A stretch of DNA of 64,000 nucleotides from Bugula neritina (GCA_964035545.1 OZ037771.1:11908480-11972479); one strand, 5' to 3'. Positions 38,714-50,792 are shown, counted from the stretch's first letter. Numbers and translations: made by a program. The notes: a model not told the origin generated them from the letters alone.

Positions 38714-40803
38714 TTGCAACACCTTCAATTGTTTTCAAAGTGGGTGGTATAGAGCCCACACACAGAGGATTCTTCTGTGATGATGACAGCATTCGATATC
38801 CCTATCACGACAGTACTATATCTACCACTGCCCTGATTCTAGTGGGCGGTTTTACTAACCTCGTTGTTGTAAGTTGAACTCACTTTCTTAAAGTCATTCA
38901 ACTAAAATGAATTTATTGTCATGATTGTGACTGCAACTTAGAGTTCTTGAAAGAGTATGTTGTTTTGTAGCCTAGTTAGAAAATACTTCCTTTTTAACTA
39001 ATTTTACCCATAGGCCTATATATATGCCCAAACTGTATGCAGTTTGACAAAGCAAATGATGGACAACATTGTTGTTTACTAACTCTCAAAATCATTCTAC
39101 GCAGGTTGTGATATGCGAGATCTTGCATTATGTGTATGATAGGAAAAACAAAAGGGCGATATTCTCCGAGGAGCTACTCGGTGGATTGAAAATAAACTCT
39201 TGCTTGTATATGATATGTGGCTATATATGGAGTCTAGGATTTGGATTGATGATAACACAAGGTCAGTGAGTAAGTGAGTGGGTGGGTGAGTGAGTGAGTG
39301 AGTGGATGGAGCGAGTGAGTGAGTACGTGAGTGAGTGAGTGAATTAACTCATCTATTGTAACAAATATGTTATAGTTTATATTATTTTTGTATACCTAGT
39401 TTACATTTTCCAACTCCTAGTTGTTATTTAACTGCCCTCGAATACTCATGGTTAAGTTTAGAGAATACAGATAGCCAATAGCCATTCGAAAACAAAAGCA
39501 TTGGAATTGAACTAGTAACCTGTCTGACCACCCTATCATCTCTCAACCATTAGTTTCATACTCATTTATGTAGGAATCACCGACATTGGCAAATGGACTG
39601 TGGGCAGGCTAAGACCTCACTTTATAGATGGATGTCAGCCTCAGGGCTTTAACATAACCACATGCCCTGGAAATCTGTACATAGATACCGTGCACTGCAC
39701 TCAGCCTGATCAAACAATACTTGATGATCTAAGGCTATCCTTCCCCTCTGGTCATGCTTCACAATCCGCCTACACGATGGTGTTCCTAGCTGTAAGTTAT
39801 ATCTTAGCTTAAAATGTGTGGGGGGACAATTCCAATAACAGTATACATTGTATAACGTTGATTTGAATATTTCTAATTTTCAAAATAGTTTTAACATAAG
39901 ATCGTGTGTGCTAGTAGATCTTAGCCTGAAGTGTGCCAACCCATACGTTGCTAAGTCATTGAAATCCTTGCTGACATGTATTACAATTTTGTTTCTTGAT
40001 CTAGAGTTGTGTGTCAGAATAACTCGTCAGCTGCTATAAATATGTTGCAGTGTTATGTGCAGCAGCGAGTTCCACGCTTTGACTACACTTACCTGGTTAA
40101 ACACGTCATCCAGTTTATCCTCATCTGTATGGCCTGGTTCTGTGGTCTCTCCAGAGTTATGGACAATAAACATCATCCAACTGACGTCCTAGCTGGCTTC
40201 ACTATTGGCACAGTTGTAGCTCTCTTGTGTGTGAGTACAGGTCCTGTAGCTCTCTTGTGTGTGAGTACAGATACTGTAGCTCTCTTGTGTGTGAGTACAG
40301 ATACTGTAGCTCTTTTGTGTGTGAGTACAGATACTGTAGCTCTCTTGTGTGTGAGTACAGATACTGTAGCTCTCTTGTGTGTGAGTACCGATACTGTAAC
40401 TCTCTTGTGTATGAGTTCAGATACTGTAGCTCTCTTGTGTATGAGTACAGATACTGTAGCTCTCTTGTGTGTGAGTACAGATACTGTAGCTCTCTTGTGT
40501 GTGAGTACAGACGTTGATGTTCTCATATATTCAAGGGTGTTGTTGTGACTTGTGCGGTATTGCTGATGCCTAATATCACTACTATCAGGCTCACAATATG
40601 GTGTAGACTTTTAGTGTTTTAGAAATGTGTATGACTGTCTGTAGGCAAAGTATGTAGTGAAAAGGTTTAGGGAACCGTATACAAATGGCCCCTACCGGAG
40701 ATGTCATATGCGAAGTTCTCAGGCTGATTTAGTCGAGGATCCAGAAGTGGGCATCCAACAAGGTACCCAGTTGGCAACTTTCTCACAGATTCGTAATGAC
40801 TAA
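38714..40803 (+). CDS. PLPP: Phospholipid phosphatase (PAP2/LPP, PLPP1-3/wunen-like). Exons 38714-38868, 39105-39261, 39574-39791, 40051-40230, 40645-40803; first exon not located
   Basis: [14 protein letters not shown] plus catalytic motifs C1 [10 protein letters not shown]2 SFPSGH and C3 [12 protein letters not shown]. All junctions are GT-AG and phase-compatible. Stop TAA at 40801-40803. Confidence 0.93.
40215..40510 (+). repeat. 30-bp minisatellite straddling a PLPP exon-intron boundary
   Basis: About 10 units of TGTAGCTCTCTTGTGT|GTGAGTACAGATAC. Confidence 0.95.
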
Positions 40804-42631
40804 GGAGTTGTGTCCTCTAATGATTGGTGTCGAATATATAGTTACGTTCCATACTAACATTGGAGTTATCTACCCTTCTATACTAACGCCTATAATCATT
40901 CCACTTGTGCCTTCTCCTGTCTCTCTATTATGTAGAAAAATTGAATATTTATGCTTCCTATTAAACTGAGATGTGAATTACAATCAAGTCCTTATCATAA
41001 TGTAAATTTCTTTTTGCGGAAATTTTAAGCTAACATATCTGATCACGTGGTGATGGAATTGCATTAGTCAAGCCCATGCAGCAGAGGTATTAGTTATAAA
41101 CATCTCAATTTTATGGACTTTGTTCCCCATAGTTTCATTCCTATGTTTTATCTATAAGCACATAAATATATTCCATCTTACAAGTAGTTTATATACTAAA
41201 ACTGGCAATCGAAGTATAAAGTATTATTATGATTTTTTCCATGAACATATCTAAATTTGTTGACTTTTTGTATCTTGAATATTTCCCACTTCATTGGCCT
41301 AAAGTTAATTTCAATTAGACCAAGGCTTCATTATGTATTATGAAGGGGTGTAAGTTCTTGTATTGCTACCAATTTAAATGTTTCAGTTTATTTTTGTGTT
41401 AGAGTTATGTTCTCTTGCACTACATGTACAGTTCTCACATAGTATTTTGTTACTTGTCTTCTGTGGTGATACCAATTTCAATATCTTCTATCTATCAACT
41501 TTCTTGTTCATTACGTTGTTCTTTGGCTCTGTAAGCCATGTGCTTTTTGTTACTGTTCATTCCATAGCTAAGATTATGAAATAATGTTGGCCTTTTTACC
41601 AAATACTACATTTGTTATAGGAATTTAAGTGGCTGTGGCTTGTTCAAGTTATCAAGAACAGAGAATTCTTTTTTATTATATATATAATGTTGATCTTATG
41701 TGATTGGTTAAAAAATACGTTATGCAATAAGTTTATGATTCGTTCATCCACTGATTAAGTTCTAGTTTTACAATATTTGTTACATGTGCAGTGGTTGTTT
41801 AGCTTTATGAAATACATTTTTATTATTCTGTTTCTTTAATTCATTGAAATTTTTCAGCTCATTTACTACTTTTTATGGAATTTTATTAACATGGCAGCGC
41901 TCAGTTTATTTAATTACGGTCATTGTACAAATAAATATATATATATTATTGCTAAGAGTCAGTAAACTGTTGTAATTTTATTTTCTAGTATAAACATGTA
42001 CATCTAAAATATAGAAAATGAAAGATTAGTTTACATCCATAGTTCTCCTCTTGTTAGTAAAGTATATGATTTCCAAAAATTAACTTCAAGTGAAGACTCT
42101 TTCAATTGTAAAATCTTCAATACTGAAGTTAATTGTACGCCAGTCATAGGTTAAACATGCATAGTGTGAAAGCAGTTGGCTAAACAATAGATTATGCCTA
42201 TTTTACATGATGCAACTTAGGTAATATGACAAGCAACTATAGCAGATAAAATGCACACAACTACATGTCACAATGGACAAAAATATTCTTTGCTAGATTC
42301 ATGCTTCGCTATATGAAATCATCCACTACTACATAGGGATAAACAATATGCATTAAGTATCTGCATTATTTCAAAACAAAACTGATATAGGTTAATTATC
42401 AGTTTGGATAATTTATCATTGACCAACTAAACGGAGCAAACTTTGTGCTGGATTGGTCTTTTAATGCACCTAATACAATTTTTATCTTAAACTAAATATA
42501 TCTCTTGTTTTATAAAACAACAATAGTTTACTAAACTGTAACAACAATACCTGTACGAACATGATTCGTCACACCTGTTAATTTGCAGTGTTATCGTGAC
42601 AAGTTTTTATGAAACACCTTATGTACTATAT

Positions 42632-42936
42632 TGTGGTGGCTCGTGGAGCTACCAGCAACACAATACGCAAGGTTGCGTATTGACCCGGAACAATGTATTA
42701 GCCAATTAGCTAGGCTGTTTATGAGTAATAGTAGCAGCTTCGCGCTACTAGCTCAGTTGAGGATAGTGCTGTAAATTAAATAGACGTGCGTATTATTTAC
42801 TGTTGTATACTAGTTTTTATTATGTATTCTTGTATTAAAATATAACGATATCTGCTCGACTTATCACGGTGAAGTTTCTCTAGGATAAATAGACTCTCTT
42901 GGTTGCACATCGACCCTAAATCTGGAAATCATAACA
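42632..42936 (+). repeat. 5' LTR of Gypsy B
   Basis: TGTGGTGG...ATAACA, repeated at 49777-50076. Confidence 0.96.
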
Positions 42937-42969
42937 GTGGTGGCAGCAGTGGGATAGTGCACATCAAAG

Positions 42970-43837
42970 ATGGAGACTGAAAATGCTAGAATGCAACCAC
43001 CCCCAGTAGAAGGTGAGCGTAGAAATGATGTTAATCTTGTGAATCGTGAGGGAGAAGAAGCGTATAGATATTGCTTGAAAGCTCCCACCTTTACTGGGTC
43101 AGAAGATGTCGAACAGTTTATACAAGAATTTAGAGAAGTAATGGAGATTGCTCAATGGCCGCATAGAGTGGCCCTCATCCAGTTGCGGAGGGCGTTGACG
43201 GAGCAAGCCAAGCCGTACGGAGTAGGAGCGGACGTAAGCGGAATACTGGCTGCGCTGCGGGCCTGTTTTGGTATCTCTGCAGTAGACGCTAGGACTAAGC
43301 TACAGAGGCTGTGCCGCGCCCCGCGGACCTCGCTGCAAGAACATGCCGCGACGGTGAAGAAGCTAGCACAGATTGCGTACGGCGATCTGCCCCCACAACA
43401 CCAAGAGCGTTACACATACGACGCCTTTGTCCAGTCACTCAACGACCTGGGCCTACACCATCAGCTACGAGCAAAAAGGATAACCAGGATAGAAGATGCC
43501 CTGAAGGCTGGAGAAGCTTACCTGTTGGCTACCCAAATGCATCCAGCACAACGGAACCCACCAGTAGTTGGAGTCAGCGCTGCTAGGGCTACAACAAGCC
43601 CCGAAGCCCCCCCCGCTGGAAGCCGAAGTGGACCGCATGGTAGAGATGCTGGGACAGCTGGTAACAATTCTGGCCGGCGCTGGCCCCGGTCAGGCCCTGC
43701 GGTTGCCCCCAACACCTGCGGGGCCAAACTGGAGTAGTGCTGGTCGAGACCATGAACAGCAAGGACGACCCCAATACCAGGGGGCGTTAAACTGTCACGG
43801 CCCGCGGACGCTCTCCCTCCCCGCGGGCCGCAACTAA
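42970..43837 (+). CDS. gag: Gag of B (one apparent extra C in the C8 run at 43607-43614)
   Basis: KAPTFTGSEDVEQFI. Removing one C joins ORF 42970 to the frame of ORF 43568-43837, which carries the L-N slippery codons. The zinc knuckle is not recognisable. Confidence 0.85.
43786..43829 (+). promoter_or_regulatory. -1 ribosomal frameshift signal of B
   Basis: GTTAAAC at 43786-43792, 6-nt spacer, 9-bp stem GGCCCGCGG/CCGCGGGCC. The -1 frame is open into ORF 44011. Confidence 0.85.
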
Positions 43838-46800
43838 AGGAGTATGGTGGGAAACGCCGCCGTCTGCCCGTACGGACACGGCGGAACACTCCCCCCGAGT
43901 GGCAGGTACCACGCAGGACTAGTAGGCCCGCACAACGGCCGAGTACCTTCTCCCTGCCACTCGCCAACCGGTTCCACCGGTTACCTCGGGAAGAGGAGCC
44001 CGCCACTGAAATGGAGCCAGAAGGCCCAGTGGAGAGCCCCAAACCCCGCCGGCAGCAACCTCGCCGCCGGAAACCTCGTAAACCACGGGTGAAACCCCCG
44101 CCGTCCTACCCATCTAGGACTGCACATGCGGGGGGGGTGAAAGTACAACCACATGGAGAGAGCTATTTCCTACCCGGAAAGGTAGCCGGCAACGCTGTCA
44201 CTTTCCTGCTCGACTCCGGTTGTACTACCAACCTTCTCAGTCGCAGAGTCTTTGAAACACTGCCCCGCCGGGACAGGGATAGAGTACGACCGTATACGGG
44301 GGAACATGGCACCCTGGCAGACGGGTCATGTATTCCCTTTTACGGTATTATCGAGCTTCCCGGGCGTGTCCGAGACCAGGCTGTACAAGAGACCTTTGTC
44401 ATAAGCCAACTGGAGGAAGATGCTATCCTCGGCATGCCCTTCTTGAAGCAACACCAGTGCCGAATAGACTTTAGCAAGTCGGTGGTGCTGATGGGCGGGC
44501 GAGAACTCGCCTGCGTGGATAAGTTTGGGCGTCCTCTGGTGGGCGGTGTCCAGGTAGTTCGAAACTGCACCGTACCCGGACGCTCCAGAGCTACTATCCA
44601 CTGCCGAGTGAACAGCAACCGGATAGCCAGGCTCGGGGTCGTTGAAGGCGCGCACGAAAGGATCCAACTCGCCAGTAGTTTAAACCGACTAACTGAGCGA
44701 GGGGAGGTCTTAGTGCAGTGTGTCAACCCCTTTACCGAGCCCATTGAGCTCCCAGCTGGGTCAATGCTGGGCCGGTTCCACTCCATCCAGGAAGAGGACG
44801 TGGGCCCGTCGCTGGGTGACGCGACGGAGACACCCCCTCGATACCCTATTCAGGGACGAGGGGCAGTCCCAGCACATATCCGAGAGTTATATGAAACAGC
44901 CTGTGGCGGCTGCGCGAGCAACAAGGAACGCCAAGCTATGGCGAAGTTGCTACGCGACTACGGTGATGTGTTTAGTAGCGGAGATCATGACGTGGGGCTG
45001 ACTGGGGTTGTTAGGCACGAAATACCGCTGACTGCAAGGACAGTCCCTGTCCGGCAGCCCACACGCAGGCTGGGGCCGGAGAAGGAGAAGGAGGTTAGCC
45101 GACAAGTACGGGATCTTCTGGACCGCGGCCTCATAGAGCCCGCCCATAGTGGGTGGAGCTCACCGGTCGTACTGGTCCGGAAGAAAGACGGCAGTTGGCG
45201 GTTCTGTGTGGATTACCGCAAACTCAACAACGTAACCGTGCAGGACGCCTACCCCCTACCTCGTATTGACGAGTCACTGGACGCCCTAGCCGGCAGCAAG
45301 TACTTCAGTACGTTAGACTTGCTAAGCGGCTATTGGCAAGTCCCACTGAGTCCCGACGCCCAGGAAAAGGCGGCGTTTATCACACGGGACGGGTTGTGGA
45401 AGTGGAAGGTGCTACCCTTCAGGTTAACCTCCGCCCCGGCCACCTTCCAGAGGCTGATGGAGCAAGTCCTTAGCGGGCTCCATTGGAAGACATTGCTGGT
45501 CTACCTCGATGATGTCATCGTGATCTCCCCAGACTTCGAGACGCATGCCAGTCGTCTGCAGGAGGTCTTTGAGAGACTCCGAGGTGCCGGTCTTAGGCTC
45601 AAACCTTCTAAGTGCGCGCTATTGCAGCCGGAGGTTAAGTACCTAGGGCACGTTGTCGGTCGAAACGGCGTGGCAACGGATCCCGAGAAAGTACGGGCAA
45701 TAGAAGACTGGGTCATCCCCAAGACTTGACCGGACTCCGGGCTTTCTTGGGGCTGGTAGGGTATTACAGGCAATACATACCAGACTTTGCGGGCATAGCA
45801 CAGCCGTTAAATCGGCTCACCGCAAAGGGAGTGACGTGGCAGTGGACACCAGTCGAACAAGGAGCGTTCGACCGCCTCAAGGGCTGCCTACTAACGGCGC
45901 CCATCTTGGCCTACCCAGACCCCACTCTGGAGTACATCCTCGACACGGACGCCAGTGACCAAAATGTTGGCGCTGTGCTGTCCCAAGTGCAGGAAGGCCG
46001 AGAGGTAGTAGTAGCCTACTACAGCAAGTCTCTCTCCCCCGCTGAACGAAATTACTGCACTACCCGCAAGGAGCTGCTGGCAGTAATTAAGTCAGTGAAG
46101 CACTTCAGACCATACCTATATGGCAGGAAGTTCCGGCTGCGTACGGATCATGCCTCGCTGATCTGGTTGTGCAAGAGAGCAGAAACCTCTAGTCAGGTCG
46201 CCCGGTGGCTCGAAATCCTAGCTGAGTTCTCATACCAGATCGAGCATCGACCGGGCAAGAGACACAGTAATGCGGATGGGTTGAGTCGCCGACCTGAGGG
46301 AGGTTGCAAACAGTGTCTCAACATCGAGAGGAGGGATGGAGGTCCCCCGCGATGTGAGCTGGAGACGCTGGCTCACCACGGAGCACCATTTGACTGGGAC
46401 CAGGGTCAACTCAGACAGGAGATTGACGAGTCCCCGGAGGTTGTACAAAACCTCCGCGCCAATCCTGTACTGGCCGATAATGTCCGGGAGCTGAAGAAGC
46501 TCCAAGGAGAGCTGCCTGGAGTCGTGGCAGACATCTATCGGGCCAAAAAGGAAGGGCGACGACCCAGCGAGGAACGCATAAGACAGGGATGCGCCGAGTT
46601 CCGGCTATACTGTCAGCGTTGGGACTCGCTGCGGATCGGGCAAGATGGTTTACTAACCATCTCTCTAGCCGCCAATGGCAGACACCCGGAGAGGAAGAGG
46701 GTACTCTGCCCCACGGCCATCCGCCGTGAGTTGATTTGGGATACTCACAAACAGGCCCACGCAGGGGTCAAGAGAGTGATATCCAAATTACGACTCCGGT

Positions 46801-48416
46801 GGTATTGGCCACAAATGGAGCGTGACGTCCGACTCAGAGTCAAACAGTGTGAGATCTGCCAGGCCAGCAAGCACAGCCGCCCCCCTGGTGAAGCAGGACG
46901 GCGGAGGCTATATGCTGGTAGGCCCTGGCAAGTAGTCGCTGTAGACCTGGTCGGACCCATGCCCCTGACCCCCAGAGGCAATAATTGGATCCTAGTACTA
47001 ACCGACCACTTTACTAGGTGGGCGGATGCTCTGGCTATCCCAGATGCGTCAGCCCCAACGGTGGCCAGGGCACTAGACCAACATATATTCTGTTATTTTG
47101 GGCTTCCCGAACAGATACACTCTGATCAAGGCGCTCAATTCCAGTCCCAACTGATGAGCGACCTTTGCCACCTCTGGGGAGTAAATCAGAGCCGGACCAC
47201 CCCCTACCACCCTCAAGGTAACGGGGTGGTAGAGCGCAACAACCGGATGCTAGGTGATGCGCTCCGGAGTCTCCTCCTTGGACGAGGTCAAGAGGAATGG
47301 GATACGGTGTTGCCGCAAGTCATGCGTGCATACCGTAGCACCCCACACACCAGTACTGGTGAGACCCCAAACCTCTTGATGCTCGGGAGAGAGACCCGTG
47401 TCCCTGACCATATCACCTACCACGTTCCAGAGCAAGACAACTCGGTTCACGAGTATGCCAGTGAACTAGTGGAATGGATGAAGGCCGCACACGATATACT
47501 GCGCGAACAGCAGTGGAAGGTGCGGCACGAAGATTCCAATGAACCACCTCTCTACCAAACGAGAGATAAAGTGTGGATGGTCAATTACCGTAGGCGTCGC
47601 GGACAGGCTGATAAACTGAAGCCTAAGTTCGTAGGACCCTACGTGATCCTCGAGGCTATGCCCAATCATACGTACAAGATTGAGCGCTCAGGACAGGTGT
47701 CTATCCAGAATGAGTCTCGCTTGAGACCGTATTGGGCTAGCTCCGACGGAGTGGGAGAAGCCCCCCCCCCCCCGTTGTTGGAGCCCAGGAGGCAGACAAC
47801 AACGCGCGGGCGACGGCGGCATGGACCTGAATACGAAGTGGTCATACCGCGGGAAGAAAACTTGGTGAGAGAGGAGCGGCAGCTTTTGTCAACAGAAGCG
47901 TGTCCGCCACCGCCAAGTCTAATTCCATCACTTCCAGAAACCGAGCCGGTTCCGGAAGTGCAAACCCCCACGGAGAGAGGGGCTCCATCCGGAGAACAAG
48001 AAGAGGTGACCGCTAACGGGGAAGTAGAGACGCCATTAGAGGCCCCTACTAACGAACCGGCGAGCGTGTCACCCCCCCTAGAGCGGGGACAGCGTACGAG
48101 GAAACCCCCACCATATTTAAAAGACTTCGTATGTGACTGCATTAGAAGCGGCACGCATGAAAGTCTAGGGGAAAACCGTACGGTAAAATGTTGGAGTTGT
48201 GAACCCCACGCAAATATCAACTTTTGCGAGGGCGGAATAGTGGGAGGAATTAATGCGCATAAAGCAAATAGTTCCGACCTCGTGCCTCATAAACGATGCT
48301 CAGCCTTTTCTTATGCTGACATCGCCAAAGGCAGACGTATCTCACAACCAGCTCCAATCTTACCAAGAACGTTGAGTATGGACATTAATACCGAGTTCCC
48401 AGGTAAGCCAGTATAA
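43786..48416 (+). CDS. pol: Pol of B (PR-RT-RNaseH-IN) with one apparent 1-bp deletion at about 45720
   Basis: LLDSGC, YLDD, LDTDAS, H2C2, D-D-E and GPY motifs are all intact. One extra C at 45717-45720 would restore WVIPQDLTGLRAFLG. Confidence 0.92.
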
Positions 48417-49507
48417 GTCTTGTATTCCTATTCATGGAAACGAGCTCGATGCCAGTAAATTCTGAACTAATTCAGCAGATTGAATCAGAATTACTGGGAA
48501 CCACGTTGCATGTGAATGACGACGAGGACACTGTAATGGCTGACGGTCTGTTAGACCTGGAGCTAGACACTGTTCTTGGTCATTCCACACATGATTCATC
48601 GGTTCCTCGAGTGCATTCCAAAAGCTGTGACTCTCAGGCTAGCAACAGTCGACAGTCACTAGAATTATGTTGTAAAGATCCACCGCGATCTAACAATAAT
48701 TCTACTTTTGTAGACACACTCGCGCCCGTCTCTCCGGGCATGCCTTCTCTAGAGATGGCATGGGACCCAGAGCCGGCCCCAACAACTTCTACAACCCGGC
48801 AACTGCCACCCCAGTTGGAAGCAACCTCCAACTGGATTACCCCTGCCACAGAGAGAGAGATTAGGACTCATAAAGGAGGTGATGGTAACCGCGAATGCAA
48901 CCTCTGCCAGCAGCGATTCACAACCCACCGCAGGCTGAAAGTACACTTGCCGCAGCATTACATCACCACGTTCTGCCCCTGCGGCGAATATAGCTACAAT
49001 CGTGATTACCTACTGCGTCACCAACGCACTATGCAGTGTTTCCAAGGACATGTCTATGAAGTAGACGAATCATCATATCCCGCATTTCTCAACGCCATCA
49101 AACCACTCATCACCGACCCAGCTCGGCTATCTCGCCTGGAGCAAGGCTTTCCCTCCCCGCGACCCATCATCTCTGGAGCCGCAGACAAGCCTATACAATC
49201 ACCTAAATCTTCACCTCACAGTCCTCTACGCCTCCCGCATACATTCCCCCGTGTCGTGCTACAGAGGGTAGACACGAAGGCGTATACACTCCCTCCTCCC
49301 CTTCCATCCTCCGAACGGAAAAGGCACAGACAGCAGACTTCCTCTCGTCCATCCCCCCTGGCCCGCAATCTACGCGAAGTAGAAGCTAGAGCACCTGACT
49401 TAGAGCAAGAAGTGTACAGACTGGCCCCGCGGGTGCAGGCTGCATCCAGTGAACTCAAATACCTACAGGAGTCTATTAAACGCATGAAGCAGGCGGCCCG
49501 CAGTTAA
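48378..49507 (+). CDS. Accessory zinc-finger and coiled-coil protein of B. Predicted exons 48378-48402 and 48714-49507 (272 aa); an unspliced 357-aa ORF from 48434 is also open
   Basis: C-x2-C-x12-H-x3-H (CNLC...HLPQH) plus C-x-C-x12-H-x5-C, and a heptad-like C-terminus. Donor CAG|GTAAGC, branch point CTAAC at 48690, acceptor TTTTGTAG|AC. Confidence 0.82.
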
Positions 49508-49776
49508 CATGAGTCTATCTCCAACTCCATACTACTCTTCCCCTACCTCTCTGTGGCATTCCCTACCATTATGGTGGCACGTACTCTACATGTAAATAGG
49601 ACTTTTTCTTACATGTTACATATTGTGCACGTTTTATATGTATACCTGTATATTTTATCAGTTGTTTTTTTTTGTATATACTTTTATACTGTTCTCTCTC
49701 TCCACAACGAAGTATACGTTTTTTTTATGTGAATTATATTTTTATCAGAAAGAGGGCTTTCTGCTGGAGGGGGCAG

Positions 49777-50076
49777 TGTGGTGGCTCGTGGAGCTACCAG
49801 CAACACAATACGCAAGGTTGCGTATTGACCCGGAACAATGTATTAGCAGCTAGGCTGTTTATGAGTAATAGTAGCAGCTTCGCGCTACTAGCTCAGTTGA
49901 GGATAGTGCTGTAAATTAAATAGACGTGCGTATTATTTACTGTTGTATACTAGTTTTTATTATGTATTCTTGTATTAAAATATAACGATATCTACTCGAC
50001 TTATCACGGTGAAGTTTCTCTAGGATAAATAGACTCTCTTGGTTGCACATCGACCCTAAATCTGGAAATCATAACA
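49777..50076 (+). repeat. 3' LTR of Gypsy B
   Basis: Match to 42632-42936, followed by ATAT. Confidence 0.96.
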
Positions 50077-50792
50077 ATATACTAAGACTATCAGCAGTAT
50101 TTTAGTTTATGAAACAAAAAACAAGTTTGAGCTGTAATCACTTGAATCCTCAGTGCGTCTTCAAAATGGCCGCTGATTAACGAGAATAGATGAGATGGTT
50201 GTAAAAAGTTGCAACTAAACTAAATTATGTTTTGGGGAGAGAATGTAAAAATTTTGCCCTTACTAGGATTCGAACCACGGCTTACAACCACTACAGAGAA
50301 TACAGCAGAGATTTGGAGGAGTTTTTTAAAATATGTTTTTTTCATGCTAATGCTGCAAACAGATGGATTCGGAGAGTTAAGAACAAGATTTCAGACTGAT
50401 GCTGTGTAGTGAGTCATGCAAAGTACAAATACGGGAATCGCCCTCTCTCCGTTCTGGGAATACTAAGGCCCTTATGTAGCAACCAATTAGCAGCACCGGA
50501 AGATATGCTTCCGATTCACGTGACACTTCCCGGGCTATTGACAATTGATCACGTTGTTGTAAGCGGAGGCTTGAAGTAGAAACATGTGTTAGTAGTTGAC
50601 TGATGTATAGGATAATTTGATGTAATGTTTGCTTTGTGTTTTATTGTGGATAATAAATATAATTACTCGACAGCTACCCTAGTAATTGTTAGTAGAATAG
50701 CCAACTAAGTATACGCAAGTAGATAACTCACGCACAGTAATTGCACAAATTACTACAGTGGTGGCAGCGGTGGGATCTTGCGTATAGCAGTC

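Larger units (their letters stand above)
42632..50076 (+). mobile_element. Full-length Ty3/Gypsy element B with accessory zinc-finger gene
   Basis: LTRs 42632-42936 and 49777-50076 (one substitution and a 5-bp indel seen). TSD ATAT. PBS TGGTGGCAGCAGTGGGAT at 42938-42955. PPT GGAGGGGGCAG at 49766-49776. Confidence 0.97.

Noticed and set aside
40215-40510. CRISPR-like array, or standalone repeat-protein ORFs ([10 protein letters not shown] and its antisense frame)
   Set aside because: Head-to-tail repeats without unique spacers in a eukaryotic gene. The extra ORFs are by-products of a stop-free 30-mer.
48434-49507. ORF3 as an env gene
   Set aside because: No signal peptide or transmembrane segment. 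It has zinc-finger and coiled-coil features instead.
50255-50290. tRNA gene suggested by a B-box GGTTCGAATCC on the minus strand
   Set aside because: No cloverleaf or A-box could be built. At most a SINE-like scrap.
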